Of a stretch of DNA of 64,000 nt, positions 30,816 to 41,129 are shown piece by piece (positions within the stretch are counted from its first letter, which is position 1; each line of letters starts with the position of its first letter). Under the pieces are notes generated by a model, which was not told where the DNA came from, did no database searches, and was given only the letters and a program-made list of their open reading frames with translations. The stretch is from Chloropicon primus. Its lineage: Eukaryota. A program made the position numbers and the translations under genes. The DNA is taken from NCBI GenBank assembly GCA_023205875.1, contig CP060770.1:248001-312000 (forward strand). Direction: 5' to 3'.

Positions 30816-33800
30816 ATGGCAGAAGAAGGGGAGGAGGTGCCTCCACCAGAGGCAGCAAAGGAGGAGGAGGAAGTTGTGGGCGGGGAGGAGGAACAAGCGT
30901 CGGCGGACGCCGTGGAGGGGGCAGGAGAGGCACCAACTGAGGAGGAGCTTCAGCTTCAAAGGGCTCAGTCTGCGGTGTCTGCCCAACAGGAGGCAGAGGA
31001 GCCACAGGAGGAGCCACAGGAGGCTGCTCCAGCGGAAGCAGAAGCAGCAGAAGAAGCGGCTGCTGCCGCTCCAGCAGAAGCAGCAGCGCAAGGAAAGGAA
31101 GAAGTAGTCGCTGCCGCTCCAGCAGGAGCAGCAGAAGAAGAAGCTGCTGCTGAAGCTGCGGGTGACGAGTCTGCGGGTGACGCGGACTCTGGCTCCCCTG
31201 CGGAGAAGGAGGCCGACCTCGCGGACGAGGAAGCCGCTGCGATCAAAATTCAGGCGGCTGCCCGGTCCAAGGCGACGCGCAAGAAGCTGGCCAAGGAGAA
31301 GCAGGAGAAGGAGGAGGCCCTGTCGCAGTCGCACTGGGCCGAGTCTGGGCTGCCGGACGACAGGTACCTCGCAGACGGGTACTATAAGCGTAGCCAGTTC
31401 GACATCGATGCATCCATTGCCGGCAGCAACGTTGCTGGCCTTTCCCTCAAGCAGGGCCTCGGTTTCGAGTCGACCAAGAGGCACAACACCATGCTGGTGG
31501 AGGACGACGTTCTCCTCTACTCTACTGGAAAGTTCTTGGTGCTCCACAAGTACAGCTTGGGCACGAGGCTCTACCTGCCTAGCTTGGACGGAGGTGGCAT
31601 CGGAAGCTTCGATGTCCACCCATCGCGCAAGTACATCTGCGTCTGCGAGAGGTTGGAGCCGGCCCTGATCGCGACGGGGAGGACGCCAAACGTTTACATT
31701 TACGAGTACCCGAGCTTGAGGATCTACAAGGTGCTGAAGAGCGGCACGGAGAGGGCGTACTGCGCGTGCAAGTTCAACCAGCTGGACCAGGGAGCGACCT
31801 TGGCCACGGTGGGCTGCTACCCTGACTTCCTCCTTTCGGTGTGGAACTGGAAGGAGGAGAAGATGATCCTGAGGTCCAAGGCTTTCAGTCAGGACATTTA
31901 CAGCGTCAACTTCTCACCAAAGTTCGAGGGGCAGCTGACCACCAGCGGGACGGGTCACATTAGGTTCTGGAAGATGGCCGGCACGTTCACCGGACTCAAG
32001 CTGCAGGGAGCGATTGGCAAGTTCGGAAGCGTCGAAATCTCAGACGTAGCCGCCTTTGCCGAGCTCCCGAATGGCAGCGTGGCCTGCGGTACGGAGAATG
32101 GTGACATCTTGGTCTGGGACGGAGGCTTCATCAAGACGTTCTTCACTCTGCCGAACGGCGAGCCTTGCCACAAGGATATGATCGAGGTGGCCCAGATTTG
32201 CAAGGCCAAGGACAACAGCCAGTACTTGATGACGGGAGGAATGGACGGGTACCTCAAGTTCTGGGACTTGAAACTGCTAATGGAGCTCGAGTCGGACGAC
32301 GACGCGGGAATCAATTGCAGCATCGCCCCAGCCAAGCAGGCTCTCATCGAGTGTCCTGGAAGGCCAGGCAAGAAGGTGGCCATCAAGACTGTGATCGAGA
32401 AGGGGAAGGACAGGTACATCATCCAGGACCACAACGGCGCCATCATCGAGTTGGCTGCCAGGAAACCAAAAGACGCCTCAAGCGATGCGTCGGAGGGCAC
32501 ACTTGAGCTCTCCGTTTCATCGTCGAAGGCGATCATGAAGTGCCACAGCGGTAACATCGTCGGCCTCATGCCTTCCCCCGTGTCTCACCACATGGTCACC
32601 GCGGGCGAGGACGGCTCCGTGAGGGTGTACAACTATACCCAGGACACCACCAAGTCCTTGTTCGAGATTTCCTTCCCGGTTCCTGCCACGGCGCTGACGG
32701 GCGTGCCCAAGTCAAGCGATCCTTCGGGCCGAATCGTCATCGTTGGTTTCGAAGATGGCGTTGTCAGAGTCCTACTGAGGTGCCTCGACGGCTTCAAGAC
32801 GTTGTACGTCGGCAAACCGCACAAGGACGCCGTCACTTCGGCTTGCGTGTCCCCAGATGGTTCCTACTGCGTGACTGGCTCCAAGGACAAGACACTTTTC
32901 TTCTTCTCCACCAAGATACCTTTGAGCGACGCCAACGGTGCGGGTGCCATGGGGATGGTAGAGGAAGACGGCAGCGACCAAGCCAAGTCAGAGGACGGGA
33001 CTGGACCAGAGGGAGCGGGAACGGCCACAAATGACTTGGAATTCAAGCCCCTTGCGTACATTCCCACTCCGGACGAGGTGACCACCGTGAGTTGGCACGC
33101 CGAGTCTCAAGTCTTGCTCGTCGGATGCACCAATGGTGACATCCTTGAAGTGGAGCGCCCTCCGCTGGACGTGGATACCTTCAAGACGTTCGAGACGCAG
33201 TGCAAGACGAGGTTTTACGACTTCCAGAAGCCCAAGCTGAAGAAGCCCAAGGAGAAGGAGGAGGAGGAGGGCAAGGAGGAGAAGAAGGGCGAGGGCGATG
33301 CCGACAAGGCGGAAGGAGCCGATGATGGCGAACAGAAGGAGGAGGAAGAAGAGGAGGAGGAGGAAGAGGACGAGACATCGGGTTACCCTGTAAGGGAAAT
33401 CATGTACGTCACCGATAAGGATGGCAATGCGAGCCACAACTTCTACGCTACCTTTGGAGGGAAAGCGGCCGGCCACATGTTCTTGTGCAACGTTGATGAG
33501 GACGAGGTTCTTGAAGCCATTCCCACGCACGACATGCCAATGACCCACCTTTCGTACTCGCACAAGTCCAAGTATTTGGTGTCCGGATCCACGAACGGTG
33601 TCGTGCGCATCTGCTCCCTGGATAGCGAGAAGACAAAGGATTCCAAGGATGAGAGCGGAAAGCTCAGCGATTTTGTTGAGGTGGGCATGCACGGCGGGAA
33701 CGTGTCCTGCGTTGCGACCTCTTTTGACGAATCGGTCATCATCACCGCGGCTTCGGATGGCTCCTGTTTCATCGTGAAGAACTTCCTCGAGGAGGAAACC

Positions 33801-36629
33801 GTGGAGTCCCGAATCAAGATTCCAAAGGCTCCATCGGTGCCGTTGCCCACTATGCTGGCAGAGGAACGCACTCAAACCTCCGAGGAGATTGTCGGCAAGG
33901 AGCACTACAGCATCGAAGAGGCGAAGAAGAAGACTGACAGGGATAAGAAACTGAGCAACGCTGAGGCCAAGAAGGCTGCCTTGCGCGACAAGGTCGCAGA
34001 AATTCGTAACGCTTTCCAGGCCTTGCTGAATGCAAACAAAAGCAAGGAGGATGTGAAGCAGCTGAACAGAGAGGAGTTCCTCATCGACATGAACCTGCAA
34101 GAGATGCTGGACAAGAACCTGGCCAGCGCTTTGAACGAAGTTGAGCTAGAGGAAGCGTATGAAAGCGAAAAGGGTCGCATTGGCCGCGAAAAGCTTCAGC
34201 AGTGGTTCTTCGACAAGGTCGAAGTGGAGCGCATCGAGCTGCATGCTTTCAAGTCGGAGCTCAGCACGTCGACATTCCGAACGACCAAGCTGCCTCCCGC
34301 CGTCCAAGAGGAGCTGGACGCCGCCAGGAAAGAGGCCCAGACAAAGGAGACTGAGGAGGAGGCCAAGGACGGCGCTGCGATGGAGAATGCTGCCGCCGTG
34401 GAGGCGCCGAAGGCAGGTGCAGGGGACAGGAGGGCCTCAAGAACCACGCAGAGCGAGGTGCAGGACAGCAAGGCTGCGAAGAAGGAAGACACGCACGCAA
34501 GGGAGGTCGAAAAGAAGCTCAACAAGCAAGAAATGAGAAGAGAGCAGCGAAGGAAGAGGGACAAGGAATGGCAAGTCTTCAACAAGACGAAGCCTGACGA
34601 GAAGTTTGAGAACCCAGAGGATGTTGCGGCCATTCAGACGGCTGTCGACAACATGGGGGATTTCAAGCTGAAGAGTGATCCGAATTATATCGCCCCTGAG
34701 GAGGAGCGAACCAATGTGGACAAGAAGAGGAGGCAGCTCCATTTGCTCGATGCGAAGATCCACGGCATCAAGATGAGCTTTAACAACAGACTCCTCTCGC
34801 TCCGTGACTTGAAGAAGGATCTCATCGCTCAGATTGACGAAAGCAACAAGAAGCTCACCACTCTTCGAAAAGACTTGAAGCAGTCGGAGGAGCTGTTTAC
34901 CCCCAAGATGCTGCCCACCGAAATGCCGGAGCTGAGGTACGAGGTCAGCAACGAGGAGGTAGCGGAGTTCCTCAACAAGGCGAAGGAATCGGAGAAGAAA
35001 GAGGGTTTGGGTGGAGGCGGCTTTGGTGGGTTTGGCGGGGCGGCCAAGGCAGCGGTGGCTGCAAAGAAGGGGCCTAGCATCGGAACTGCAGCAAAGGTTC
35101 ACAGTTTTGCGAAGAAGATCAGAAGAAGCAGTTTGGCTGGTGAGAGGCGCTACAGTGCCATTGCTGAGTTCCGTGCGTCCGACGTGGAGATCAAGGAGAT
35201 GCTTCTGCAGAAGAGGATGCTTCAGCACGAGATCGAAAACATCGAGGATCAGATCAAGAACAGCATTGTTGACTTCGACAAGAACCTCGACAAGCTGAGG
35301 CAGGACAAGTTCACGCTTCAGGCTGATCTCAAGATGGCCGAAATCAGGAGGATCATCCTGGTCAAAGAGCTCGCGATTCTGAAAGAGTGCGAGAAGAGGG
35401 ACAACTTGCTGATCAACAAGATGGACACCAAGGGGGGGGAGAAGAAGGACATTATTGACAAGATCAAGTCTTGCACCGAGAAGATCGAAGAGAAGGAGGG
35501 CGAGATTCACAAGGTTCTGGAGAAGAAGAACAAGATCTTGTCAGAGTTCGACTCTCTGGTTGAGGATGGGTCCACCTTCAGGGAGCAGCTTCAGAAGATC
35601 TTCTTGAGGAAAATCAAGAGGCACAAGAAGAATGCAAAGAGGACCGAGGACTTCGACTCGGAGGAGGAGTCCGACAGCGAGGAGGAAGACGACGACGATG
35701 ATGACTGGGATGAGGACGAGGCCGAGGAGATTTGCCCACCTGGTTGCGACCAGGCCCTCTACGAGAAGGTCTGCGACCTTCGTGAGAAGAGGCTGGACCA
35801 GGAAGAGATCGACGTGGAGCTGAAGAAGCAGCTGGAAACCTTTAACAAGGAAAGGGAATCCATGAAGAAGAAGCAGAACCTCATCAACCAATCGGTGAAG
35901 GCCATTAACGAGGAGATCATCAGCTTCCAGAAGGAGAAGCAGGCAAAGTTGAACGAGATTCTTCTCGTGGTTACTTTGAAGATGCACCAGATCGAGTATC
36001 TCGTGGAATCTAAACTGCCACTGAACCTCACTGACGCTCTCGTCTTCCCAAAGACGACGTTGAGGAGGCTCGAGGAGCGTGTCGGCGAATTGATAGAGGA
36101 GAAGGCACAGCTGAAGCAGGAGCAGAAGGAGTTGCGGAAGCAGCACAAACAGATGCTTCGTGACAGCAAGGTGAAGGAGGGACGAATCAATGAGCTTCAG
36201 TCCAAGGCAAGAGATATCCAGCTCTTGAAGTTCGGACAGTTGATTGATTTGGACTTGTTGGACAAGATGGGTGTGAACAAAACCACCGAAGACCTCAAGG
36301 CGAATTTGCTAAGGCAGGAGAAGCAGTTCATCCACGACTTGGCTCAGTGGAACAAGAGGATCGAGGGGGCGAAGAGAGAGTTGGCCGATTTCACGCAAGA
36401 GAATACCAACTACTTGAACATGCTCGCCGATTTGACTTCCTCCCAGAGGCAGATTGATCTCAAGTTGCACTCGACCCAGAATGAACTTTTCACCAACCCC
36501 GCGGCTCAGAGGAAGAAGGAGATTGCTGCCAGAGACCACCTCATCGAAGTCATTAACGTGCAGGCCCAGCAGATCGACGCTCTCAAGCACGAGATCAATT
36601 TGTTGAGACACAAGTCGGGCAAGCTTTAA
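30816..36629 (+). CDS. CFAP44: Cilia- and flagella-associated protein 44 (WDR52/FAP44)
   Basis: LATVGCYPDFLLSVWNW...ILRSKAFSQD, TSGTGHIRFWKMAGTFTGLKLQG.IGKFG..EISD, NMGDFKLKS, CPPGCDQALYEKVCDLREKRLD, LKFGQLIDLD. N-terminal IQ motif. Confidence 0.95.
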   Translation: MAEEGEEVPPPEAAKEEEEVVGGEEEQASADAVEGAGEAPTEEELQLQRAQSAVSAQQEAEEPQEEPQEAAPAEAEAAEEAAAAAPAEAAAQGKEEVVAAAPAGAAEEEAAAEAAGDESAGDADSGSPAEKEADLADEEAAAIKIQAAARSKATRKKLAKEKQEKEEALSQSHWAESGLPDDRYLADGYYKRSQFDIDASIAGSNVAGLSLKQGLGFESTKRHNTMLVEDDVLLYSTGKFLVLHKYSLGTRLYLPSLDGGGIGSFDVHPSRKYICVCERLEPALIATGRTPNVYIYEYPSLRIYKVLKSGTERAYCACKFNQLDQGATLATVGCYPDFLLSVWNWKEEKMILRSKAFSQDIYSVNFSPKFEGQLTTSGTGHIRFWKMAGTFTGLKLQGAIGKFGSVEISDVAAFAELPNGSVACGTENGDILVWDGGFIKTFFTLPNGEPCHKDMIEVAQICKAKDNSQYLMTGGMDGYLKFWDLKLLMELESDDDAGINCSIAPAKQALIECPGRPGKKVAIKTVIEKGKDRYIIQDHNGAIIELAARKPKDASSDASEGTLELSVSSSKAIMKCHSGNIVGLMPSPVSHHMVTAGEDGSVRVYNYTQDTTKSLFEISFPVPATALTGVPKSSDPSGRIVIVGFEDGVVRVLLRCLDGFKTLYVGKPHKDAVTSACVSPDGSYCVTGSKDKTLFFFSTKIPLSDANGAGAMGMVEEDGSDQAKSEDGTGPEGAGTATNDLEFKPLAYIPTPDEVTTVSWHAESQVLLVGCTNGDILEVERPPLDVDTFKTFETQCKTRFYDFQKPKLKKPKEKEEEEGKEEKKGEGDADKAEGADDGEQKEEEEEEEEEEDETSGYPVREIMYVTDKDGNASHNFYATFGGKAAGHMFLCNVDEDEVLEAIPTHDMPMTHLSYSHKSKYLVSGSTNGVVRICSLDSEKTKDSKDESGKLSDFVEVGMHGGNVSCVATSFDESVIITAASDGSCFIVKNFLEEETVESRIKIPKAPSVPLPTMLAEERTQTSEEIVGKEHYSIEEAKKKTDRDKKLSNAEAKKAALRDKVAEIRNAFQALLNANKSKEDVKQLNREEFLIDMNLQEMLDKNLASALNEVELEEAYESEKGRIGREKLQQWFFDKVEVERIELHAFKSELSTSTFRTTKLPPAVQEELDAARKEAQTKETEEEAKDGAAMENAAAVEAPKAGAGDRRASRTTQSEVQDSKAAKKEDTHAREVEKKLNKQEMRREQRRKRDKEWQVFNKTKPDEKFENPEDVAAIQTAVDNMGDFKLKSDPNYIAPEEERTNVDKKRRQLHLLDAKIHGIKMSFNNRLLSLRDLKKDLIAQIDESNKKLTTLRKDLKQSEELFTPKMLPTEMPELRYEVSNEEVAEFLNKAKESEKKEGLGGGGFGGFGGAAKAAVAAKKGPSIGTAAKVHSFAKKIRRSSLAGERRYSAIAEFRASDVEIKEMLLQKRMLQHEIENIEDQIKNSIVDFDKNLDKLRQDKFTLQADLKMAEIRRIILVKELAILKECEKRDNLLINKMDTKGGEKKDIIDKIKSCTEKIEEKEGEIHKVLEKKNKILSEFDSLVEDGSTFREQLQKIFLRKIKRHKKNAKRTEDFDSEEESDSEEEDDDDDDWDEDEAEEICPPGCDQALYEKVCDLREKRLDQEEIDVELKKQLETFNKERESMKKKQNLINQSVKAINEEIISFQKEKQAKLNEILLVVTLKMHQIEYLVESKLPLNLTDALVFPKTTLRRLEERVGELIEEKAQLKQEQKELRKQHKQMLRDSKVKEGRINELQSKARDIQLLKFGQLIDLDLLDKMGVNKTTEDLKANLLRQEKQFIHDLAQWNKRIEGAKRELADFTQENTNYLNMLADLTSSQRQIDLKLHSTQNELFTNPAAQRKKEIAARDHLIEVINVQAQQIDALKHEINLLRHKSGKL

Positions 36630-36737
36630 AGGTCTTGTATTACTATAGTTTCTCTTGTTTGTCTTGATTTTGAGTTTGACCTCCTTGGCCAAGGGGGACA
36701 GCACGCAGCGGTGTTGTTCGTTGTGTGGTGCTGCCCT

Positions 36738-37799
36738 CTATATGTAGATGCCCTTCTTGGTCTTGAGCATCCCGTTCAAGTGTCTCAACTGCTCGGGCGT
36801 GTCGACGCCGTGGACAGCTTTCTCGACGAGGCCGACTTTGATCTTGTATCCGGCCTCGATGACTTTGTTCTGCTCGAGATCCTCTTGCTTCTGCAACAAG
36901 CTTTGTGGCATTTCATTCACGTACGTGTTCAAGAAGCTTGCTCGGTACGCGTAGATCCCTAGCTTGCGCCAGTACAAGCACTTGAGAGTAGGGGAGAGCA
37001 ATCCCAGAGTCAGAAAGAGACAAAGGCGGGCCACATGCCAATGAGAAAAGTCAACAAACAAACAAAAACTTACCTTGGGGTCGTACTTCCCCCTCTTGTT
37101 GTACGGTATCATAGCTCGAGAAAAGTACAGTGCGTTGTTGGTCTTGTCCAAGACAACCTTGACGTTGTTCACATTCGTCACATCTTCAGAATCATTCAGG
37201 TTGGCAGGCCTTGCCAAAGTCCCCATCACAACCGAAGCATCACCAGCTTCTATTCCACTCCTGATACAGTCCACGACCTTCTCCACGTGCTCTGATTCGA
37301 TAAACGGTTCATCCCCTTGAACGTTCACAACGATGTCATAATTCTTCTCACCGAGATGTTGCAGCACCTCCAAGCATCTCTCGGTTCCATTGTTGCACGA
37401 CTCGCTCGTCATCACAACCTTCCCACCAAAGTCTCTGACACACTCCGCGATGCGTTCATCGTCTGTGGCCACCACAAGCTCGTCAAAACAGTTGCTCTTC
37501 TTGGCATTGGTGTACGTGTGCCAGATCATTGGGTTGCCACAGAGGTCTGCCAATGGCTTGCCAGGGAATCGGGTCGAGTTGTACCTCGCAGGGATGACAC
37601 CCAACACCTTGTTGGTTGTCATCCTATTGTGCAACCACTTGTGAACCTTTGGAAGGAACCTTTTTGCCACCACCTCGTACACGAAGGCATGGAGAACAAA
37701 GGTCGCCAAGTGTTTGTTAATTTTGGATGATCTTTCGTGATCTTTCGTGATCTTCGTGGTGTCCTCCTTGGGACTCTTTTTCTTGCCGAAGAGAGACAT
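36738..37799 (-). CDS. kdsB: CMP-KDO synthetase (3-deoxy-manno-octulosonate cytidylyltransferase), one in-frame intron (36981-37073)
   Basis: VIPARYNSTRFPGKPL, VVATDDERI, GTER, VNVQGDEP, VKVV..ALYFSRA.IP, GIYAYR, EDLEQ, GVDTPEQL. The 93-nt GTAAGT..AG segment is non-homologous. Confidence 0.95.
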   Translation of the reverse strand: MSLFGKKKSPKEDTTKITKDHERSSKINKHLATFVLHAFVYEVVAKRFLPKVHKWLHNRMTTNKVLGVIPARYNSTRFPGKPLADLCGNPMIWHTYTNAKKSNCFDELVVATDDERIAECVRDFGGKVVMTSESCNNGTERCLEVLQHLGEKNYDIVVNVQGDEPFIESEHVEKVVDCIRSGIEAGDASVVMGTLARPANLNDSEDVTNVNNVKVVLDKTNNALYFSRAMIPYNKRGKYDPKVSFCLFVDFSHWHVARLCLFLTLGLLSPTLKCLYWRKLGIYAYRASFLNTYVNEMPQSLLQKQEDLEQNKVIEAGYKIKVGLVEKAVHGVDTPEQLRHLNGMLKTKKGIYI

Positions 37800-37802
37800 A
37801 CT

Positions 37803-38285
37803 GCTCCTTGGTTGTCCTCTCCTCTCTCTGTCTCTGCTTCAGCTGTCCAGAACATCACCAAGGAATCTCCGGGATCATAGGGAGAGGAAGCAGAGAGGAT
37901 GATGGGTGATGGAGGATCAGGGAGGGGTCAAGCAAAGGCGTTCATTCGTTTGCTTTGATTCAGGCTCCTTGGTTGTCCTCTCCTCTCTCTGTCTCTGCTT
38001 CAGCTGTCCAGAACATCACCAAGGAATCTCCGGGATCATAGGGAGAGGAAGCAGAGAGGATGATGGGTGATGGAGGATCAGGGAGGGGTCAAGCAAAGGC
38101 GTTCATTCGTTTGCTTTGATTCAGGCTCCTTGGTTGTCCTCTCCTCTCTCTGTCTCTGCTTCAGCTGTCCAGAACATCACCAAGGAATCTCCGGGATCAT
38201 AGGGAGAGGAAGCAGAGAGGATGATGGGTGATGGAGGATCAGGGAGGGGTCAAGCAAAGGCGTTCATTCGTTTGCTTTGATTCAG
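37803..38285. repeat. Near-perfect tandem repeat, 161 bp x3, directly upstream of kdsB
   Basis: GCTCCTTGGTTGTCCTCTCC... begins at 37803, 37964 and 38125. Confidence 0.95.
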
Positions 38286-38357
38286 GAGGCAAGGAGAAAG
38301 GAAAGTGAGGTGTGACAGGTCAAAAACTAGAATGAACGACAAAACTGGCGAGCGAGT

Positions 38358-39869
38358 TCAGCCTTCATCCATGAGCGCATCCACGATGATCCGAGGGCCA
38401 ATTTGCTTGTCCATCAACAGTCGAAGGAGGTCATATTTGTTTCCCTTGTGCCCTAGGCCGGTCAGCCAGTCCAACAGGACTTGAGGATTATCAGACATGC
38501 TAGGAAGGGCATCCTCGTGCATCGTGACCAAGTGATTGGCTTTGGAGGGTGGGAGGGACTCTGAAAGCAGCTTGGCAACGCGGCCCCGGCTTCCTTTTCT
38601 CGAGAACTTGACCTTATGCTCCCTCTTCATCGATCGGCTCCTCACGTTTTTCCTCACCCCCAGCTGCTTGCGCATGTCAGCAAGAACGTCTGATGCTTTC
38701 ACGAGCAGGTTTTGCTTGTTTTGTGCTGCAGACTGTGATGGCGAGCTCATGACTTTGGAGCCTTTGTTGCTCCTGTGCAGCGACTCGTTCATGTCTGTCA
38801 GAACATCCACCAGCTTGACCATGCTTCTGTCGTCCATGTTATTGGTGGCTCCTTCATCCACAAGCAACTTCTCCAGAGCGCCGTACTCCTCGACGGCATC
38901 GTGGGAGACGCGACAGACGTCCTCAGCATCCGGCCAGTTGAACTCCTCCTCCTCCTCCTCCTCTTCCTCTTGGTTCTTCTCGATCCAGTCGAGCTTCAAG
39001 AACTCCCCGAACGAACCCTTTGTGATGTCTGGGTGAAATAATTTACATAAGCGAGCCTGGAACTTGTCCCACTTTTTCTCGAGCGCACCTCCGCTGCCGC
39101 TGGCTTTCTCCCTCGCCACGCCGTAGCTCGTGCTTGCTTCGGGCTGCACATTCATTGGCTTGTCCTTGGCCAAAGGCTCTCTCCTGGTGCATTTTCGCTT
39201 CCCTTTCGAAGACTGTTGCGATTGCCTCGATAGTCCGGGCTCTTTGTCATCGTCCATCATAGTGACGTTCTCGCTCATCCCTCCAAGGTCAGCCTCAGAG
39301 CCTGCAGGGGTCGTGTTCGTGCTCAGGAACCTGCGCCTCACGCCAAATGTGGAGCTCCTTGTCCTCTCCGGGGGGAAGCCATCACCCGTACCGAAGCCGC
39401 TGTGACTCGGCTCGCCGTTGTACACGGTCCGCTCGTGGTGGTACGCCGGCACCGCTGGCCTGCCCGATACGACGCTATTGATCCCCCGATAATGCGGGTG
39501 ATGTTGCCGTACAGAGTGTTGTTGCTCGTTCTCACTCTCTGCATTCCTTTTGGCTCTGCGCAGGAAGCCCGAAGACCTGCCAGCGCCGCTGGGTCTTGAC
39601 CTCCCAACCGCAAGCGGGATGCCCCCCCCACCGACGTTGACGCTACCAGGCACATTGTCCTTGCCAAGCAAAGCGCCAAAACCACCGGCTGGAGGCTCAA
39701 ACACGCCATGGTCACCATTCTCGCCACCGTTGAAGCCGGCCAGAGTGTCACTCAGCCTCCCCAGCGATACCTCTCGCCCGTGATTCCTATTCCTCGCCGG
39801 AGCGACGTCGTTGAACCTGTCCCCAAAGCCCTCCATCCACGAGCCCAGCTGACCCGAGTGTTGAGACAT
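38358..39869 (-). CDS. Uncharacterised 503-aa protein, disordered N-terminal half
   Basis: Long ATG-initiated ORF with coding-like composition; no recognised motif. Confidence 0.6.
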   Translation of the reverse strand: MSQHSGQLGSWMEGFGDRFNDVAPARNRNHGREVSLGRLSDTLAGFNGGENGDHGVFEPPAGGFGALLGKDNVPGSVNVGGGGIPLAVGRSRPSGAGRSSGFLRRAKRNAESENEQQHSVRQHHPHYRGINSVVSGRPAVPAYHHERTVYNGEPSHSGFGTGDGFPPERTRSSTFGVRRRFLSTNTTPAGSEADLGGMSENVTMMDDDKEPGLSRQSQQSSKGKRKCTRREPLAKDKPMNVQPEASTSYGVAREKASGSGGALEKKWDKFQARLCKLFHPDITKGSFGEFLKLDWIEKNQEEEEEEEEEFNWPDAEDVCRVSHDAVEEYGALEKLLVDEGATNNMDDRSMVKLVDVLTDMNESLHRSNKGSKVMSSPSQSAAQNKQNLLVKASDVLADMRKQLGVRKNVRSRSMKREHKVKFSRKGSRGRVAKLLSESLPPSKANHLVTMHEDALPSMSDNPQVLLDWLTGLGHKGNKYDLLRLLMDKQIGPRIIVDALMDEG

Positions 39870-40688
39870 CGTTCAAGCACTTCAAGCCTCGTGGACCAAC
39901 TGCCAAGCAAGGCAGGCCATGACACAACAACGCGGTTCCTCACACCTTTGACTTCTTCATCGAAGGGTCCTCGAGTTTTTCGAAACAAAAGGCAGGCACA
40001 CCGCCAGACGTTACGAGCAACGGCAGTCCTCGTCCCCCTCCCGGCTTCACAATGGTCTAACTCCAACTCCAACTCCAACTCGTCCCCTGGAGACCAACGA
40101 CAACGATAGACTGCTGTCCTTTCTGTGGGAAGAAGATGATGAAGATGATTGTGTGGTGCAGGCCTTTCGTCAGTCAGTGCATGCTTATGAAGAGGAGGAG
40201 GAAGACAAACTGGAAGCAGGAACCTCCACCTCTCTCTCTCTCTCTCTCTCTCCTCTGTGTGTGTGTGTGTGTGTGTGTGACCAAACTTTCAAAGGTGCTT
40301 CTACTTGTTGTTCAGGCACTTGGAGAGAGAGAGAAGAGAAACAGAGAGGGACAGGGAGAGGGGAGGCGGTGCTGGAAGAGCGAGAAAGAGACAGGCGAGA
40401 ATGACGGCTTCTGACCCTTTCCCTCCCTGTGTCCTCTCCTGCTCCTTGGTCCTGCTCTCGGTCACCCACCTTCACTGACTCGCTACAGTGTTGTTGTCCA
40501 ACCTTCAGCAGTCAATAATACTATGAAGACAGACAGTCAGACAGAGAGAGACAGAGAGAGACAGAGAGAGAGAGAGGAACCAGGTGGCCTGCCCACTCAC
40601 CTCCCTGTCTTGCGTTGCTCCTTGACCCCACTGCCGTTGTCTGTAGCCTGTCCACAGAGTGGTCTCAGTACTCCATAAAACTATCAAT

Positions 40689-40719
<31 letters not shown>

Positions 40720-41129
40720 AGAGGAAGAAGATGACACTGTCCTCGAAAAGAGAGAGAGAGAGAGGAGCAAGATGACCCACCTCCACCTCTACGCGTCCCT
40801 GCTGTGCTCTCCAAAAAATGTTTCCGTGGGATCCATGCACATCGTTTTATTGGTGTCCATATTCCATTACACTCTAAATGCATTCGAGGGTTTTCAGAGG
40901 GTTTCAGCGATCGCGTCGCCGACGAGTGTGGAGAGCGGCGACGGGTTCAAGCGGAGTTTTAGGGCGGAGAACGTTACGGAACGAGGGTAACGCCTGCACC
41001 AAACGAAAGTACGTTTCAAGACCTTTCGATTGGTCCGTCATTTGCCCACGAAAGTCTTCGTGACGTCCATCGTTTCCTTTGGGAAAGAGTACGAGCAAGA
41101 AAGAAGCTTGGGATTGGATACGTACGACG

